Part shown: piece by piece, positions 9,530 to 18,702 of the stretch
How positions within the stretch are numbered: the first letter of the stretch is position 1
How the letters are laid out: each line of letters starts with the position of its first letter
Source: Candidatus Electrothrix sp. GW3-4
GTDB lineage: Bacteria > Desulfobacterota > Desulfobulbia > Desulfobulbales > Desulfobulbaceae
Reading direction: 5' to 3'
DNA length: 32,000 nucleotides
Assembly (NCBI RefSeq): GCF_037902255.1
Contig: NZ_CP147990.1
Span: 1,140,001-1,172,000, forward strand
Position numbers and translations under genes: made by a program
Notes under the pieces: generated by a model
The model's database searches: none
Told to the model about the DNA's origin: nothing
The model's input: the letters and a program-made list of their open reading frames with translations, nothing else

Positions 9530-11308
9530 TCAGACCTTTTCCACGCTGATCAGCATCTCCTCGATAACGGCCAGCCCGCCTTGCCAGAATCCAGGATCAT
9601 TGAGATCGATCGCAAAGGGCTTGAGGAGCTCATACGGTGATTGGCTCCCCCCTTGGGAAAGGAGTTCAATATATTTTGGCACAAAGGAGGCAGCCCCCTC
9701 TTGCTGATAGATGCGGTAGAGGGCAAGGACCAGGAGCTCGCCAAAGGCATAGGAATAGACATAGCCAGGTGAGTGGAGGAAATGGGGGATATAGGACCAC
9801 CAGATTCGGTACTGTTCACTCAGGGTGACCGCATCCGCAAACATGGCCTCTTGGCTTTCCAGCCAGAGGTCGGATAAGGTCTCTGCGGACAGTTCTCCTT
9901 TTTTCCGACGGCTGTTGTGGATCAGGTCTTCAAAACGATTCATGGAGATCTGGCGAAAGACCGTGGCAAAGATGGATTCCAGCTTCTGGCAGATAAAGGC
10001 CCGTCGTTGGGCCGGGTTATCCAGGAGGTCCAGCTGGCGGTGAAAGATGAGCAGCTCGGCAAAGACCGAAGCGGTCTCGGCCAGGACCAGGGTGGTGTCG
10101 CTGTTAAAATAGCCCTGCTCCCGGGCAAGATATTGATGCACCCCATGTCCCAGTTCATGGGCCACTGTGGAGACATCGCGCAGATTACCGGTGTAGTTAA
10201 CCAGGACATAGGGATGGGCATCCGGTACAGCCGGATGGGCAAAGGCCCCACCCCGTTTTCCCTCCAGCAGGGGGGCATGGATCCAGTTTTTGGCAAAAAA
10301 GAGTTCGGCAATGTCGGCCAGCTCCGGGGAGAAGCCACGAAAGCCCGCCAGGACCATATCACGACACTCCTGCCAGGAGACCTGCTGATCCGGCAGGGAG
10401 GGCAGGGGGGCGTAGCGGTCATAATCCTGCAACTCGTCCAAACCGAGAAGTTCCTTTTTCAGACGATAGTAGCGTTGCACCAGGTCATAGCGGTCCACGG
10501 AGGCGGTGACCAGGGCTTCAACCGTGACATCCTCCAGCTCGTTGGACAGGTTGCGGGTCTTGATCCAGGAGGGATAGCTACGCAACCGATCGCTGATCAT
10601 CTTTTCTGCCAGGATGGTGTTGAAGATATGGGTGAGGATGTGGAGTTGGCTTTGCAGGCCCTCGGTGAGTTCCTGGGCCGCCTTGCGTCGTATTTCCTGG
10701 TCCTTATCATAGAGGTCGGAGAGCACCTCTTCCTCACCACGCCTCTCTTCGCCGAATTCCAGATGCCCCATAACCTTTTCAAAGAGGTTGAGCCAGCTTC
10801 CCGTACCCACTGGCTCCAGTTCCACCAGTAATTCTTCTTCTGCTTCGGAGAGCAGATGATCGGCATAGCGGCGGAGATTGGTTAAAAAATGCTGATAGGG
10901 TGCCATCTCCTCATGGGCCAGCAGGCGCTCAGCAGCAGTCTGATCCAGCTTGGCCCATTCCAGGTTGAAAAAGACCATATCCCGATTGATCTTGCTGGAT
11001 TCTTCTGTGATTTTTTGGAGAAAGGCACCTGCCTCGGCGTTTTTTACCTGGGTGGCAAAGTTGAGAAAGGCATAGGTCTGGATCCGGCCGAGATTGGCGT
11101 GAATCCGTTCCAGCCGCCGGACAGTGCGGGCAAAGACAGCTGGTTCCAGCTCGGCCAGTTTGCCTTGGTTTTCTTGGAGAAGATCTGCCTCCTGGTGGCA
11201 GAAATCCAGGTCATCCTGGATCATGGAGTCGTCCAGGGATTCATAGAGGTCCGTGAGATTCCACAGCACCTCGGTGGTACCGAGTTCGGTATTTCGTGAT
11301 ATTGACAT
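9530..11308 (-). CDS. pepF: M3-family oligoendopeptidase F, 592 aa
   Basis: The zinc motif TVAHELGHGVH is present, and length and overall sequence are typical of the PepF/M3B family. Confidence 0.9.
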   Translation of the reverse strand: MSISRNTELGTTEVLWNLTDLYESLDDSMIQDDLDFCHQEADLLQENQGKLAELEPAVFARTVRRLERIHANLGRIQTYAFLNFATQVKNAEAGAFLQKITEESSKINRDMVFFNLEWAKLDQTAAERLLAHEEMAPYQHFLTNLRRYADHLLSEAEEELLVELEPVGTGSWLNLFEKVMGHLEFGEERRGEEEVLSDLYDKDQEIRRKAAQELTEGLQSQLHILTHIFNTILAEKMISDRLRSYPSWIKTRNLSNELEDVTVEALVTASVDRYDLVQRYYRLKKELLGLDELQDYDRYAPLPSLPDQQVSWQECRDMVLAGFRGFSPELADIAELFFAKNWIHAPLLEGKRGGAFAHPAVPDAHPYVLVNYTGNLRDVSTVAHELGHGVHQYLAREQGYFNSDTTLVLAETASVFAELLIFHRQLDLLDNPAQRRAFICQKLESIFATVFRQISMNRFEDLIHNSRRKKGELSAETLSDLWLESQEAMFADAVTLSEQYRIWWSYIPHFLHSPGYVYSYAFGELLVLALYRIYQQEGAASFVPKYIELLSQGGSQSPYELLKPFAIDLNDPGFWQGGLAVIEEMLISVEKV

Positions 11309-11693
11309 AGCCTTTCCTCCGGGCTGATTATTGTTTATGGGGTATTGATTTTTTAGAGCACTTATCAGGAAATTGCAAGCATGGAAGGGGGAATTATGGT
11401 TGAGTGAGGGGAGGTTTTGCGATAGCCTGTTTGCACTGGAAAAGTCGGATATATCAGCTTGGTCTGGTATGGAGAGGGAGGCTTGGCCTCTCTTCTCAAA
11501 GAAAAAATATATAAAAAGGTATAATCAAAGTATTTCCAGGTGTATTTTTTTGATCTTGGAGTAGAAAAAATATATCTTTTTATCTAAAAAATAGACTTAC
11601 TGGCAGCAAGTGGATGTAGGGTTAAGGTTCTGGTGGATTATCCAATGCCACCATAAGGGCGGATCCCCCGACTCCTTATCCTCAAGAAAGCGT

Positions 11694-12323
11694 ATGGAGC
11701 GAAAAGAAATAGAAAAAGAACTGGAACGGCTACCTAAAGAATGGGTTGTTGCCTTTGCGGTCCGCCTGTCCGCTCAATGTCTGCCTGCGTTGTTGGAAAA
11801 GAAAGATACGGCTGATCCCTATTTTTCCTATTGGCCTCCAGAAATAAGATCTCAATATTTACTGGGTGTTTTGTGTTTGAATATGTTGGGTTATGTTCTT
11901 TCCACTGATGCAGCAGTCGCCAACATATGCCTCAAGGCCTACGCTTATACTGTCCATCTTCCTTCCAGTGTTGCTATACGCACCGCCTACTTTTCTTCTA
12001 AAGCGCTTTCCTGTTCCTTGAGAGGCGCTTACTCTTCTGCTAGACTTTTTTCGGCACGCACTGCTTCTGATAGTCGCGTAGATATTGTAGAAGAACTGTC
12101 CCTTTTGAAAGAAAAGCAAAAGGAAAATGAAGATGTTGCTGGCTATCTCCTCCTACCGCTTTGGAGTTTTGAGAGTGGATGGTACCAGTATGGACAAAAA
12201 TTTGTTGAAGTTCTGCGTAACTATGGTTTTGGTTTTGATTTCTGGGCAGGTTGGTATCAGGATCGACTGGAAGGGAAAGGGCTGAATATGGAGCTCATCA
12301 AGGCAGTCGCCAGTTTGTCTTAA
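11694..12323 (+). CDS. hypothetical protein (209 aa from the ATG at 11694; the ORF track starts at a GTG at 11610)
   Basis: An open frame with no recognisable family. The C-terminus FDFWAGWYQDRLEGKGLNMELIKAVASLS ends at a TAA, after which the frame stays open for 46 more codons. The start is uncertain because the SD is weak. Confidence 0.5.
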   Translation: MERKEIEKELERLPKEWVVAFAVRLSAQCLPALLEKKDTADPYFSYWPPEIRSQYLLGVLCLNMLGYVLSTDAAVANICLKAYAYTVHLPSSVAIRTAYFSSKALSCSLRGAYSSARLFSARTASDSRVDIVEELSLLKEKQKENEDVAGYLLLPLWSFESGWYQYGQKFVEVLRNYGFGFDFWAGWYQDRLEGKGLNMELIKAVASLS

Positions 12324-12676
12324 GAACAACTGGCTCAGGACGCTGCAGAGATTAACGCCTATTTGAAAAAAGTATCCTCCCCTAGTACAGCCGGGCGCAA
12401 ATTACCCTATTCTTTTTGGAGCCGCTGTTCCACTCTTTATAAAGCATTCTGCTCTAAAAAGTAGCGTAAGACTTACGCCGCACTGTACTAGGATGCCTCT
12501 GGCAAAGCCACCCTGTCCCTGATAATCAAAGACCCAAAGGGGTATGTCTATAACATTTCGGTAATACTCCGAGTATTAAGTTGAATGTTGAGTGCCCAGG
12601 GTGTTACCCTGGGCTAATATAAATATAACCCCGTTGGGGTATTGTTATAAAAAGAAATAGAAAGAAGGATACGAGT

Positions 12677-13465
12677 ATGCTTGCATTTAAAAGTCTCAAG
12701 AGCATGTTAACGCATTATTACCTTGCCTGTCTTTTCCTCCTGATCACCTTCACCGCAATGCCTGTTTCCGCGCAGACAAGCGATCTCCATATGAAGCAAG
12801 GCGATATTTTTTATCGGCAATTCAACAACCGCAACGCCTTGGACTCTTATAAAAGAGCTTTGGAAATGCAACCAGGTGATTTTGAGTGCCTGAGCAAGGT
12901 CGTCAGAGCATATAACGATGTCGGTGAAGACTTGTCTTCTGATGAGTCAGAACAGTATTATGAGCAGGCTGTTCAGTACGCTGAACAATTACAAGAGATG
13001 TTCCCGGATAAGGCGGAAAGCTATTATCAGTTGGCTGTCAGCTATGGCAATCTTGCCCTCCTGCGGGGAAGCAAGGAAAAGGTCAAGCTCTCCGGCTCAG
13101 TGGAAAAGAATATCCGCAAGGCCATTGCAATGAAGCCTGACTATGCAGACGCCTATGTGGTTTTAGGAATTTATTATAAAGAAGTTGCCAGCCTGAACAG
13201 CTTTTTAAAGGCCTTTGCCCGCCTCTTTTTCGGCGACCTGCCCGAGGGAACTTACGAGGATGCGCTCAAGGCTTTTCACAAGGCTATCACCCTGAAAACA
13301 ACACGACTGGTCTACACCTATTTCCTCATAGGCCATACCTACGAGTACATGGACGAACCGGAAAAGGCGAAACAGGCCTACCAGGAGGCGGCCCGTCTTC
13401 CTGACACTGATCATCGGGACCATGCTATGAAGGAGCGTGCAAGAAACAGGTTGCAGTCGTTATAA
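12677..13465 (+). CDS. secreted TPR-repeat protein, 262 aa
   Basis: An N-terminal signal-like segment ends in ..MPVSAQ. Several TPR-like A..Y..AL...P units follow (ALDSYKRALEMQPGD, AESYYQLAVSYGNL, AIAMKPDYADAYVVLGIYY, AKQAYQEAARL). Confidence 0.75.
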   Translation: MLAFKSLKSMLTHYYLACLFLLITFTAMPVSAQTSDLHMKQGDIFYRQFNNRNALDSYKRALEMQPGDFECLSKVVRAYNDVGEDLSSDESEQYYEQAVQYAEQLQEMFPDKAESYYQLAVSYGNLALLRGSKEKVKLSGSVEKNIRKAIAMKPDYADAYVVLGIYYKEVASLNSFLKAFARLFFGDLPEGTYEDALKAFHKAITLKTTRLVYTYFLIGHTYEYMDEPEKAKQAYQEAARLPDTDHRDHAMKERARNRLQSL

Positions 13466-13538
13466 GTTCCAATCCTCTCTTTGGGAGGGACAACGTGAGA
13501 ACGGTTGTTTCTTATAAAATTATCAGGAATCAATTGCT

Positions 13539-14726
13539 ATGCAGAATTTTGTTTTTCATAATCCCACCAAGATTATCTTTGGCCGCAAAACCGTGCCCTC
13601 TGTCGGTGCAGAGACTGCGGCCTTGGGCAAAAAGGCCTTACTGGTCTACGGCCAGAGCAGCATAAAACAAAGCGGCCTTTATGATCAGGTCATGAGCTCC
13701 CTTGCCGAGGTCGGTGTCACGGTGATTGAACACGGCGGCACCCGCTCGAACCCGCTCCTGGATCATGTCCGGGCAGGAATTGCCAAGGTAAAAAAAGAAC
13801 AGGTGGAGGTCATTGTCGCGGTAGGTGGGGGCTCGGTCATCGACACGGCCAAGGCCATTGCTGCGGGCGCTGTGGTGGAGCATGATGTCTGGAAGTTCTT
13901 TATCGGTAAAAAATCCATCAAGGCGGCCCTGCCCGTACTCACGGTGCTTACCCTGGCTGCGGCAGGCTCGGAGATGAACTCGGGTATGGTGATCACCAAT
14001 CAGGACACCCAGGAGAAGTTCGGCTTCGGCCACCGTCTGCTCTTTCCCAAGATCTCCATCCTGGACCCGGAAGTCACCTTTACTGTCCCGCCGGATTACA
14101 CGGCCTACGGGGCCGTCGATGCCATCGCCCATGTCCTGGAATTTTACATGACCACTCAGGATACGGATACTCCCGTCCAGGCCCGCTTTATTGAAGGCTT
14201 AATTTTGGATGCAATGGAATCCTGTGATCGCTGCCTTGCCGATTCCAATGATTATGGCGGACGGGCCAACCTGATGTGGACCGCCACTCTGGCCCTGAAC
14301 GGTCTGACAGCAGCGGGGCTGGGTCGGGTGGGTTTTCCCATGCACATGATTGAGCATTCCCTCAGTGCCCTCTATGATGTGCCGCATGGGGCTGGGCTGT
14401 CCGTGGTTATGCCGGGTTGGTTGCAATGGTACCTGGAGCAGAATGCTGCCCCTGCCCGTATTACCCAACTAGGGCGGGGAATTCTTCCGCCTGCTGAGCA
14501 ACAGGAGCTGGCAGGGGAAAGCGATACCGTCATCGCAGAACGGACAATCGCCTTTCTCCGTACCTGGTTCAGCAAGGTGAAGAGCCCGGTTTCTCTGGCA
14601 GAACTGGATATCCCGGCAGGGGATATCCCCCGTATTGCTGAGAATGCCTTAGGGCTGGCCAAGGTCTGGCGCCTGAAACAGTACACTCAGGAGGTTGTAG
14701 AGGATATTTTGCAGCGTTGTGCGTGA
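13539..14726 (+). CDS. iron-containing (group III) alcohol dehydrogenase, butanol-dehydrogenase/YqhD-like, 395 aa
   Basis: The GGGSVIDTAKAIA nucleotide-binding motif is present. Metal-ligand histidines appear in context (DAIAHVLE, HMIEHSLSALYDVPHGAG). The length is typical. Confidence 0.9.
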   Translation: MQNFVFHNPTKIIFGRKTVPSVGAETAALGKKALLVYGQSSIKQSGLYDQVMSSLAEVGVTVIEHGGTRSNPLLDHVRAGIAKVKKEQVEVIVAVGGGSVIDTAKAIAAGAVVEHDVWKFFIGKKSIKAALPVLTVLTLAAAGSEMNSGMVITNQDTQEKFGFGHRLLFPKISILDPEVTFTVPPDYTAYGAVDAIAHVLEFYMTTQDTDTPVQARFIEGLILDAMESCDRCLADSNDYGGRANLMWTATLALNGLTAAGLGRVGFPMHMIEHSLSALYDVPHGAGLSVVMPGWLQWYLEQNAAPARITQLGRGILPPAEQQELAGESDTVIAERTIAFLRTWFSKVKSPVSLAELDIPAGDIPRIAENALGLAKVWRLKQYTQEVVEDILQRCA

Positions 14727-15094
14727 AGAGGCAGCGCGTTTTTTGGGAGTTTGATGTAGCCCTTATCCTTTGCGTCATTGCCTTTTCGAGCATCAAGGCT
14801 CATCGGGCCGGGACCGTTGGCAATGACCAGGAGTAGCCCGCCGATGATAGAGATGTTTTTCAGGAAGGTCTTGAAAAACTCCTGCCTGATTTCCGGGTTG
14901 TCGAAGCTCCAATAATTGTGAAAATAGTAGGTCCCGGCAAGCAGAATATGCGGGGCGGGGATGCCTTCCGAAGTCATCCGGGCAACAACTTCGCTGTAAT
15001 GGGGGATTTTATCACCAAGGGCGCTGAGCAGAAAGACCAGGGAAAGGAGGGTGCGGCCCATGACATTGACGACGCCTCTTTTTGGGGTATTCAT
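14687..15094 (-). CDS. DoxX-family-like membrane protein, apparently missing the central helices (135 aa from the ATG at 15094)
   Basis: Both ends resemble DoxX (LLSLVFLLSALGDK... and FHNYW...FLKNISIIGGLLLVIANGPGPMSLD). Only about 8 residues separate IPAPH from FHNYW, where family members I recall have about 45. The 3' end overlaps the convergent ADH gene by 40 nt. The start is uncertain (15094 or 15061). Confidence 0.45.
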   Translation of the reverse strand: MNTPKRGVVNVMGRTLLSLVFLLSALGDKIPHYSEVVARMTSEGIPAPHILLAGTYYFHNYWSFDNPEIRQEFFKTFLKNISIIGGLLLVIANGPGPMSLDARKGNDAKDKGYIKLPKNALPLHAQRCKISSTTS

Positions 15095-15246
15095 GAGTTG
15101 TCTGTTATCAGTGTGCGAATGTGGAACGAGGCACGTATGTAGTGTGATACGGGCCGGGTGTGGAGGGGTATAGTTTATATGGGGTATCGTTTGAGCTTTT
15201 CTGGCGCTGGCGAATAAACTCCAGCGCAGGTTTCTGGAGTTGGTGA

Positions 15247-15636
15247 TTAATCGAGGCTGGATCCTGAAAAGTTTTCCCACACACAGTCATCCGGATCCCC
15301 CTCCTTTTGCTTGGGCATGAACTGTTGGACAAATTTTTTCCACATGGGAGGAGCATCAATAATTTGAAAGCCTATCGCCATGTAGGGCTTAGACTTCTTT
15401 ATCCAACGAGGAGTGACGGTCAGCTTAATATTAACAGATTCAGGCCCCCCGGAAATGACAAGGTTGTATTTTTTATTCTCAACAACGAATCTATCCGGCA
15501 CATCAATGAGGCGGAGACCTTCAAGGGATATATCTTCAACAATACCATCAAAAAAAAAGTTTCTATCGGCGATGTCAACGATGTATCCTTTTATTTTTGC
15601 ACGTTTTCTTCTGCGCTTATCTAATGATTCAGACAT
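15247..15636 (-). CDS. PilZ-domain protein (c-di-GMP receptor type), 129 aa
   Basis: An N-terminal RRRKRAK (RxxxR) and DISLEGLRL (D-x-S-x-x-G) are spaced as in a PilZ domain. Confidence 0.75.
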   Translation of the reverse strand: MSESLDKRRRKRAKIKGYIVDIADRNFFFDGIVEDISLEGLRLIDVPDRFVVENKKYNLVISGGPESVNIKLTVTPRWIKKSKPYMAIGFQIIDAPPMWKKFVQQFMPKQKEGDPDDCVWENFSGSSLD

Positions 15637-15948
15637 GAGTCAATCCACTTTTGATTGCTTGTTTTTATTTCTTTTGCTGACATTATACTCTATTTTTTTA
15701 TGCTTCTGAAGCATACAGTTTATGAAAAAGAATCTCTCTCAAGAAAAGCTCTAAAAAGAGACCCCTTCGTAAAACGAAGAAATTGGGGAGGCTCAACAGC
15801 AATAGCTGTACCTCAACGTGCTTTCATGTTTTTTGGAAAAAAACTTGTTCTTCATCTTGTATTCATCTTTTTTCCAGTATTATAGAGGAAAGAAATAATT
15901 GGCTGCAATTGCGCTGAACCACACTCCTAAAGGACAGGAGGGTGAACC

Positions 15949-16068
15949 ATGAAGAAATGTATCGTGATGCTGGTGAGCTCTCTATTTTTCGTTACAGCTT
16001 GTGCAGGTGCGCAGGTGCAGGAATGGCAAGTGAGGATGGACACGATGAAGACGGGGAACGGGATGTGA
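15949..16068 (+). CDS. small putative lipoprotein ORF (39 aa as written; frame broken by an 8-bp duplication, see findings)
   Basis: A GGAGG SD sits 6-7 nt upstream of the ATG. The peptide MKKCIVMLVSSLFFVTAC has a signal peptide plus a lipobox-like VTAC. It is too short for the ORF track, so I translated it by hand. Confidence 0.3.
   Translation: MKKCIVMLVSSLFFVTACAGAQVQEWQVRMDTMKTGNGM
16003..16018. repeat. perfect 8-bp tandem duplication GCAGGTGC GCAGGTGC
   Basis: Read directly from the sequence: 16003-16010 equals 16011-16018. Confidence 0.95.
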
Positions 16069-16190
16069 ACGATGAGAGGCGTCGTGGATATCGGGAGCGG
16101 GATGACCATCGGGACTAACGCGTAAGCGCATAAACGACGAGATAAGAGACGTCCCGTCTGATGAGGGCGGTATGTCGTAACAGGACAGTT

Positions 16191-16868
16191 ATGAAAATTC
16201 TTATTGTTGAAGATGAGCAGCGGCTGGCTGCTCTGCTCAAGAAGGGACTGGAGGAGCATTCCTATGCTGTTGATCTTTGCTTTGACGGCGAAGAGGGACT
16301 GTATATGGCAGAGACTTTTCCCTATGACGCAATGCTGCTTGATGTCATGCTTCCTAAGATGGACGGCTTTACCGTCCTTGATAGCCTGCGCAAGCAGGGG
16401 ATTGAGGTGCCGGTGCTGATGCTCACCGCCCGTACCGAAGTGGAGAGTCGGATCAAGGGGCTGAATCGAGGTGCGGATGATTATATCCCTAAACCCTTTG
16501 ATTTTAATGAGCTCCTTGCTCGATTGACAGCGGTTATCAGAAGGAATAAGGGGCAGCCTGCCTCAACGGTGCAGGTAGCGGACCTTTGCCTTGATTTGAA
16601 TGGCAAAACCGCCTCCAGGGCTGAAAGAGAAATATTGCTTTCTGCTAAAGAATATGCCGTCTTGGAATACCTGGTGCTCAATAGGGGCAGAGTTATCAGC
16701 AGGACCGAGTTTTCCGAGCATGTCTATGACGGGGATTTTGATCTCGACAGTAATATTATTGACGTCTACATCAATAAGCTCCGCAATAAAATCGATAAGG
16801 GGCAGGAGTATAAGCTGATCCAGACCAAGCGGGGAGTAGGCTATTATATCCCCAAGGAGGCCCAATGA
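16191..16868 (+). CDS. OmpR-family response regulator, 225 aa
   Basis: MKILIVEDE...D...LDVMLPKMDG forms the receiver domain. A C-terminal winged-helix domain follows (LSAKEYAVLEYL...TKRGVGYYI). I chose the ATG at 16191 rather than the track's 16161. Confidence 0.92.
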   Translation: MKILIVEDEQRLAALLKKGLEEHSYAVDLCFDGEEGLYMAETFPYDAMLLDVMLPKMDGFTVLDSLRKQGIEVPVLMLTARTEVESRIKGLNRGADDYIPKPFDFNELLARLTAVIRRNKGQPASTVQVADLCLDLNGKTASRAEREILLSAKEYAVLEYLVLNRGRVISRTEFSEHVYDGDFDLDSNIIDVYINKLRNKIDKGQEYKLIQTKRGVGYYIPKEAQ

Positions 16869-18310
16869 GGCGAGTAGGGTCCCTGCGGGGGAGGCTGGTG
16901 CTCTGGATCTTTCTTTCAGGTGCCGTCATGGTCCTGCTGCTTGATTTTTTTCTGCTGCATCAATTCAAGGAGGTCGCTCTGCATTCGGTGAATAATGTCC
17001 TTCACTCCAAATTGCAGATTATGAAGGGGCTCATCCATGCGCATGGGGACTATATCGAGGTTGAGCTTGCAGAAGTCGCACGGGGGGAATATTCAATCCC
17101 GCTATCAGGACATTATTATCAGGTGTTTATAGATGGGAATCTCTATTTGACCTCACCCTCTCTGCAGCCTTCCCTCTTTCAGCTGATCTCTGAGGCATTG
17201 GAGTCCCATGATGCAGAGGCGCAGGAGTGGATCTATCGCACAATAGGCCCCAACGGGGAGCCGCTCCTTGTACTTCGCAACGACCTTAAGATACAGGGTA
17301 AAGAGGTTTCCATACGGATAGCAGAGACCTTGGCAGAGACCGTTCAGATGCTCTCCAGACTGGAATATTATTTTTATCTGTTCACCCCCTTTTTTATTTT
17401 TCTGATCGGGATCATCGGCTATCTTATATCATCACATGCCCTGCGTCCCTTAACGACCTTTGCCGATGCCCTTAGAGGTATTAGTCATAAAAATCTGGAA
17501 GAAAGGATAGAGCCCAACGGATTTGCCCGGGAACTGCATATCGTTGCTCAACGATTTAATGCCTTGCTGGAACGCCTACAAATCGCCTTTGCAGCAGAAA
17601 AAGACCTGATTGCCAATGCCGCCCATGAGCTCAAAACACCGCTGGCCGTTATCCGGGCGGAATGCGATATTGCCCTGATGAAGGAACGTTCCGGGAAGGA
17701 ATATGCGGAGAGTCTGCGCGAAGTTAGAACGGTTTCCGATACCATGCTTCGTCAGGTCAATGGTATGCTGACCCTGGCCCGCATTGACGCAGGGATCCTC
17801 TCTACCACTTTTCAACCGATCTCTCTCAACTGGTGCCTGGATAATGCGGTACGACTTGTTACTCCGCTGGCCAAGGAATATCATGTCCAGATTCTCCAAG
17901 AGGAGGGGGATGATCTCTCCGTGCTCGGCGATAAGGATGCCTTGACCGAGGCCATATCGAATCTTCTGGAAAATGCGGTCTATTATAATCATGCTGAAGG
18001 CTTGGTGTCTGTTCAGATGCTGCGCCATGATGACCAAATACTACTTACGGTTCAAGATACCGGTATTGGTATTCCGGAAGAGGAACTGGAGCAAATTTTC
18101 AACAAGTTCTATCGGTCAGAGTCGGTAAAGGCAATTAAGGGAACCGGACTCGGTCTGAGTATTGCCAAGGCCATTGTTCAGGGACATCAGGGGGAGATTG
18201 AGGTTCGTAATGTGGAGGTCGGTGGGGTCTGTTTTACCATAACCCTCCCTTTGCATGAACCTGGCCAGGGAAATAACTCGCATGTTGAACAGGAAGGAGC
18301 AACGGCATAA
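16865..18310 (+). CDS. sensor histidine kinase (2 TM, periplasmic sensor, HAMP, HisKA, HATPase_c), 481 aa
   Basis: The start overlaps the RR stop (ATGA). The H-box is AAHELKTPLAV, with N and G boxes (LLENAVYYN, DTGIGI, GTGLGLSIA). Two hydrophobic segments flank a loop of about 130 aa. Confidence 0.92.
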   Translation: MRRVGSLRGRLVLWIFLSGAVMVLLLDFFLLHQFKEVALHSVNNVLHSKLQIMKGLIHAHGDYIEVELAEVARGEYSIPLSGHYYQVFIDGNLYLTSPSLQPSLFQLISEALESHDAEAQEWIYRTIGPNGEPLLVLRNDLKIQGKEVSIRIAETLAETVQMLSRLEYYFYLFTPFFIFLIGIIGYLISSHALRPLTTFADALRGISHKNLEERIEPNGFARELHIVAQRFNALLERLQIAFAAEKDLIANAAHELKTPLAVIRAECDIALMKERSGKEYAESLREVRTVSDTMLRQVNGMLTLARIDAGILSTTFQPISLNWCLDNAVRLVTPLAKEYHVQILQEEGDDLSVLGDKDALTEAISNLLENAVYYNHAEGLVSVQMLRHDDQILLTVQDTGIGIPEEELEQIFNKFYRSESVKAIKGTGLGLSIAKAIVQGHQGEIEVRNVEVGGVCFTITLPLHEPGQGNNSHVEQEGATA

Positions 18311-18409
18311 ATCCTTTCGTCCGATGGGGCGAACCCCAAAGAGGTCTGTACGAAGCATGTCATCCCCAAAGGGGGTGGTGTTCAATGAAGAAAGAAAAAA
18401 GGAGAACAG

Positions 18410-18655
18410 ATGAAAATCAGGAAATTACACCGCATAACCGCAATCAGCTTTGCCCCGTTTTTTATCCTTATCGCAGCCTCTGGTTGCATCCTTTTATTTA
18501 GGAAGGCAGGGCTTTACCCTAAGGCCGTAAAGGAGCTTGTCGTCTCCCTCCATACCTGGGAGATTATTGTCCCCTATATTGGAGGCATTGTGGGCTTAGG
18601 ACTGCTCACGGTAGTTCTAACCGGTATTATTATCTTTTTTAAGCGAAACGCCTAA
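18410..18655 (+). CDS. small 2-TM membrane protein, PepSY_TM-like, 81 aa
   Basis: An AAGGAGA SD precedes the ORF. KLHRITAISFAPFFILIAASG and SLHTW....GLGLLTVVLTGIIIFFKR resemble the LH-x-W/helix units of PepSY-associated TM proteins. It is the last gene of the two-component operon. Confidence 0.6.
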   Translation: MKIRKLHRITAISFAPFFILIAASGCILLFRKAGLYPKAVKELVVSLHTWEIIVPYIGGIVGLGLLTVVLTGIIIFFKRNA

Positions 18656-18702
18656 GCAGCTAAATAGTTAAACAGTTAACAAGGGTCCCCGGAATAAAGA
18701 AA

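Noticed and set aside
15927-16259. A 110-aa minus-strand ORF spanning the small-ORF/RR junction.
   Set aside because: It overlaps the start of the response regulator and the SD-driven small ORF on the other strand. It has no start context.
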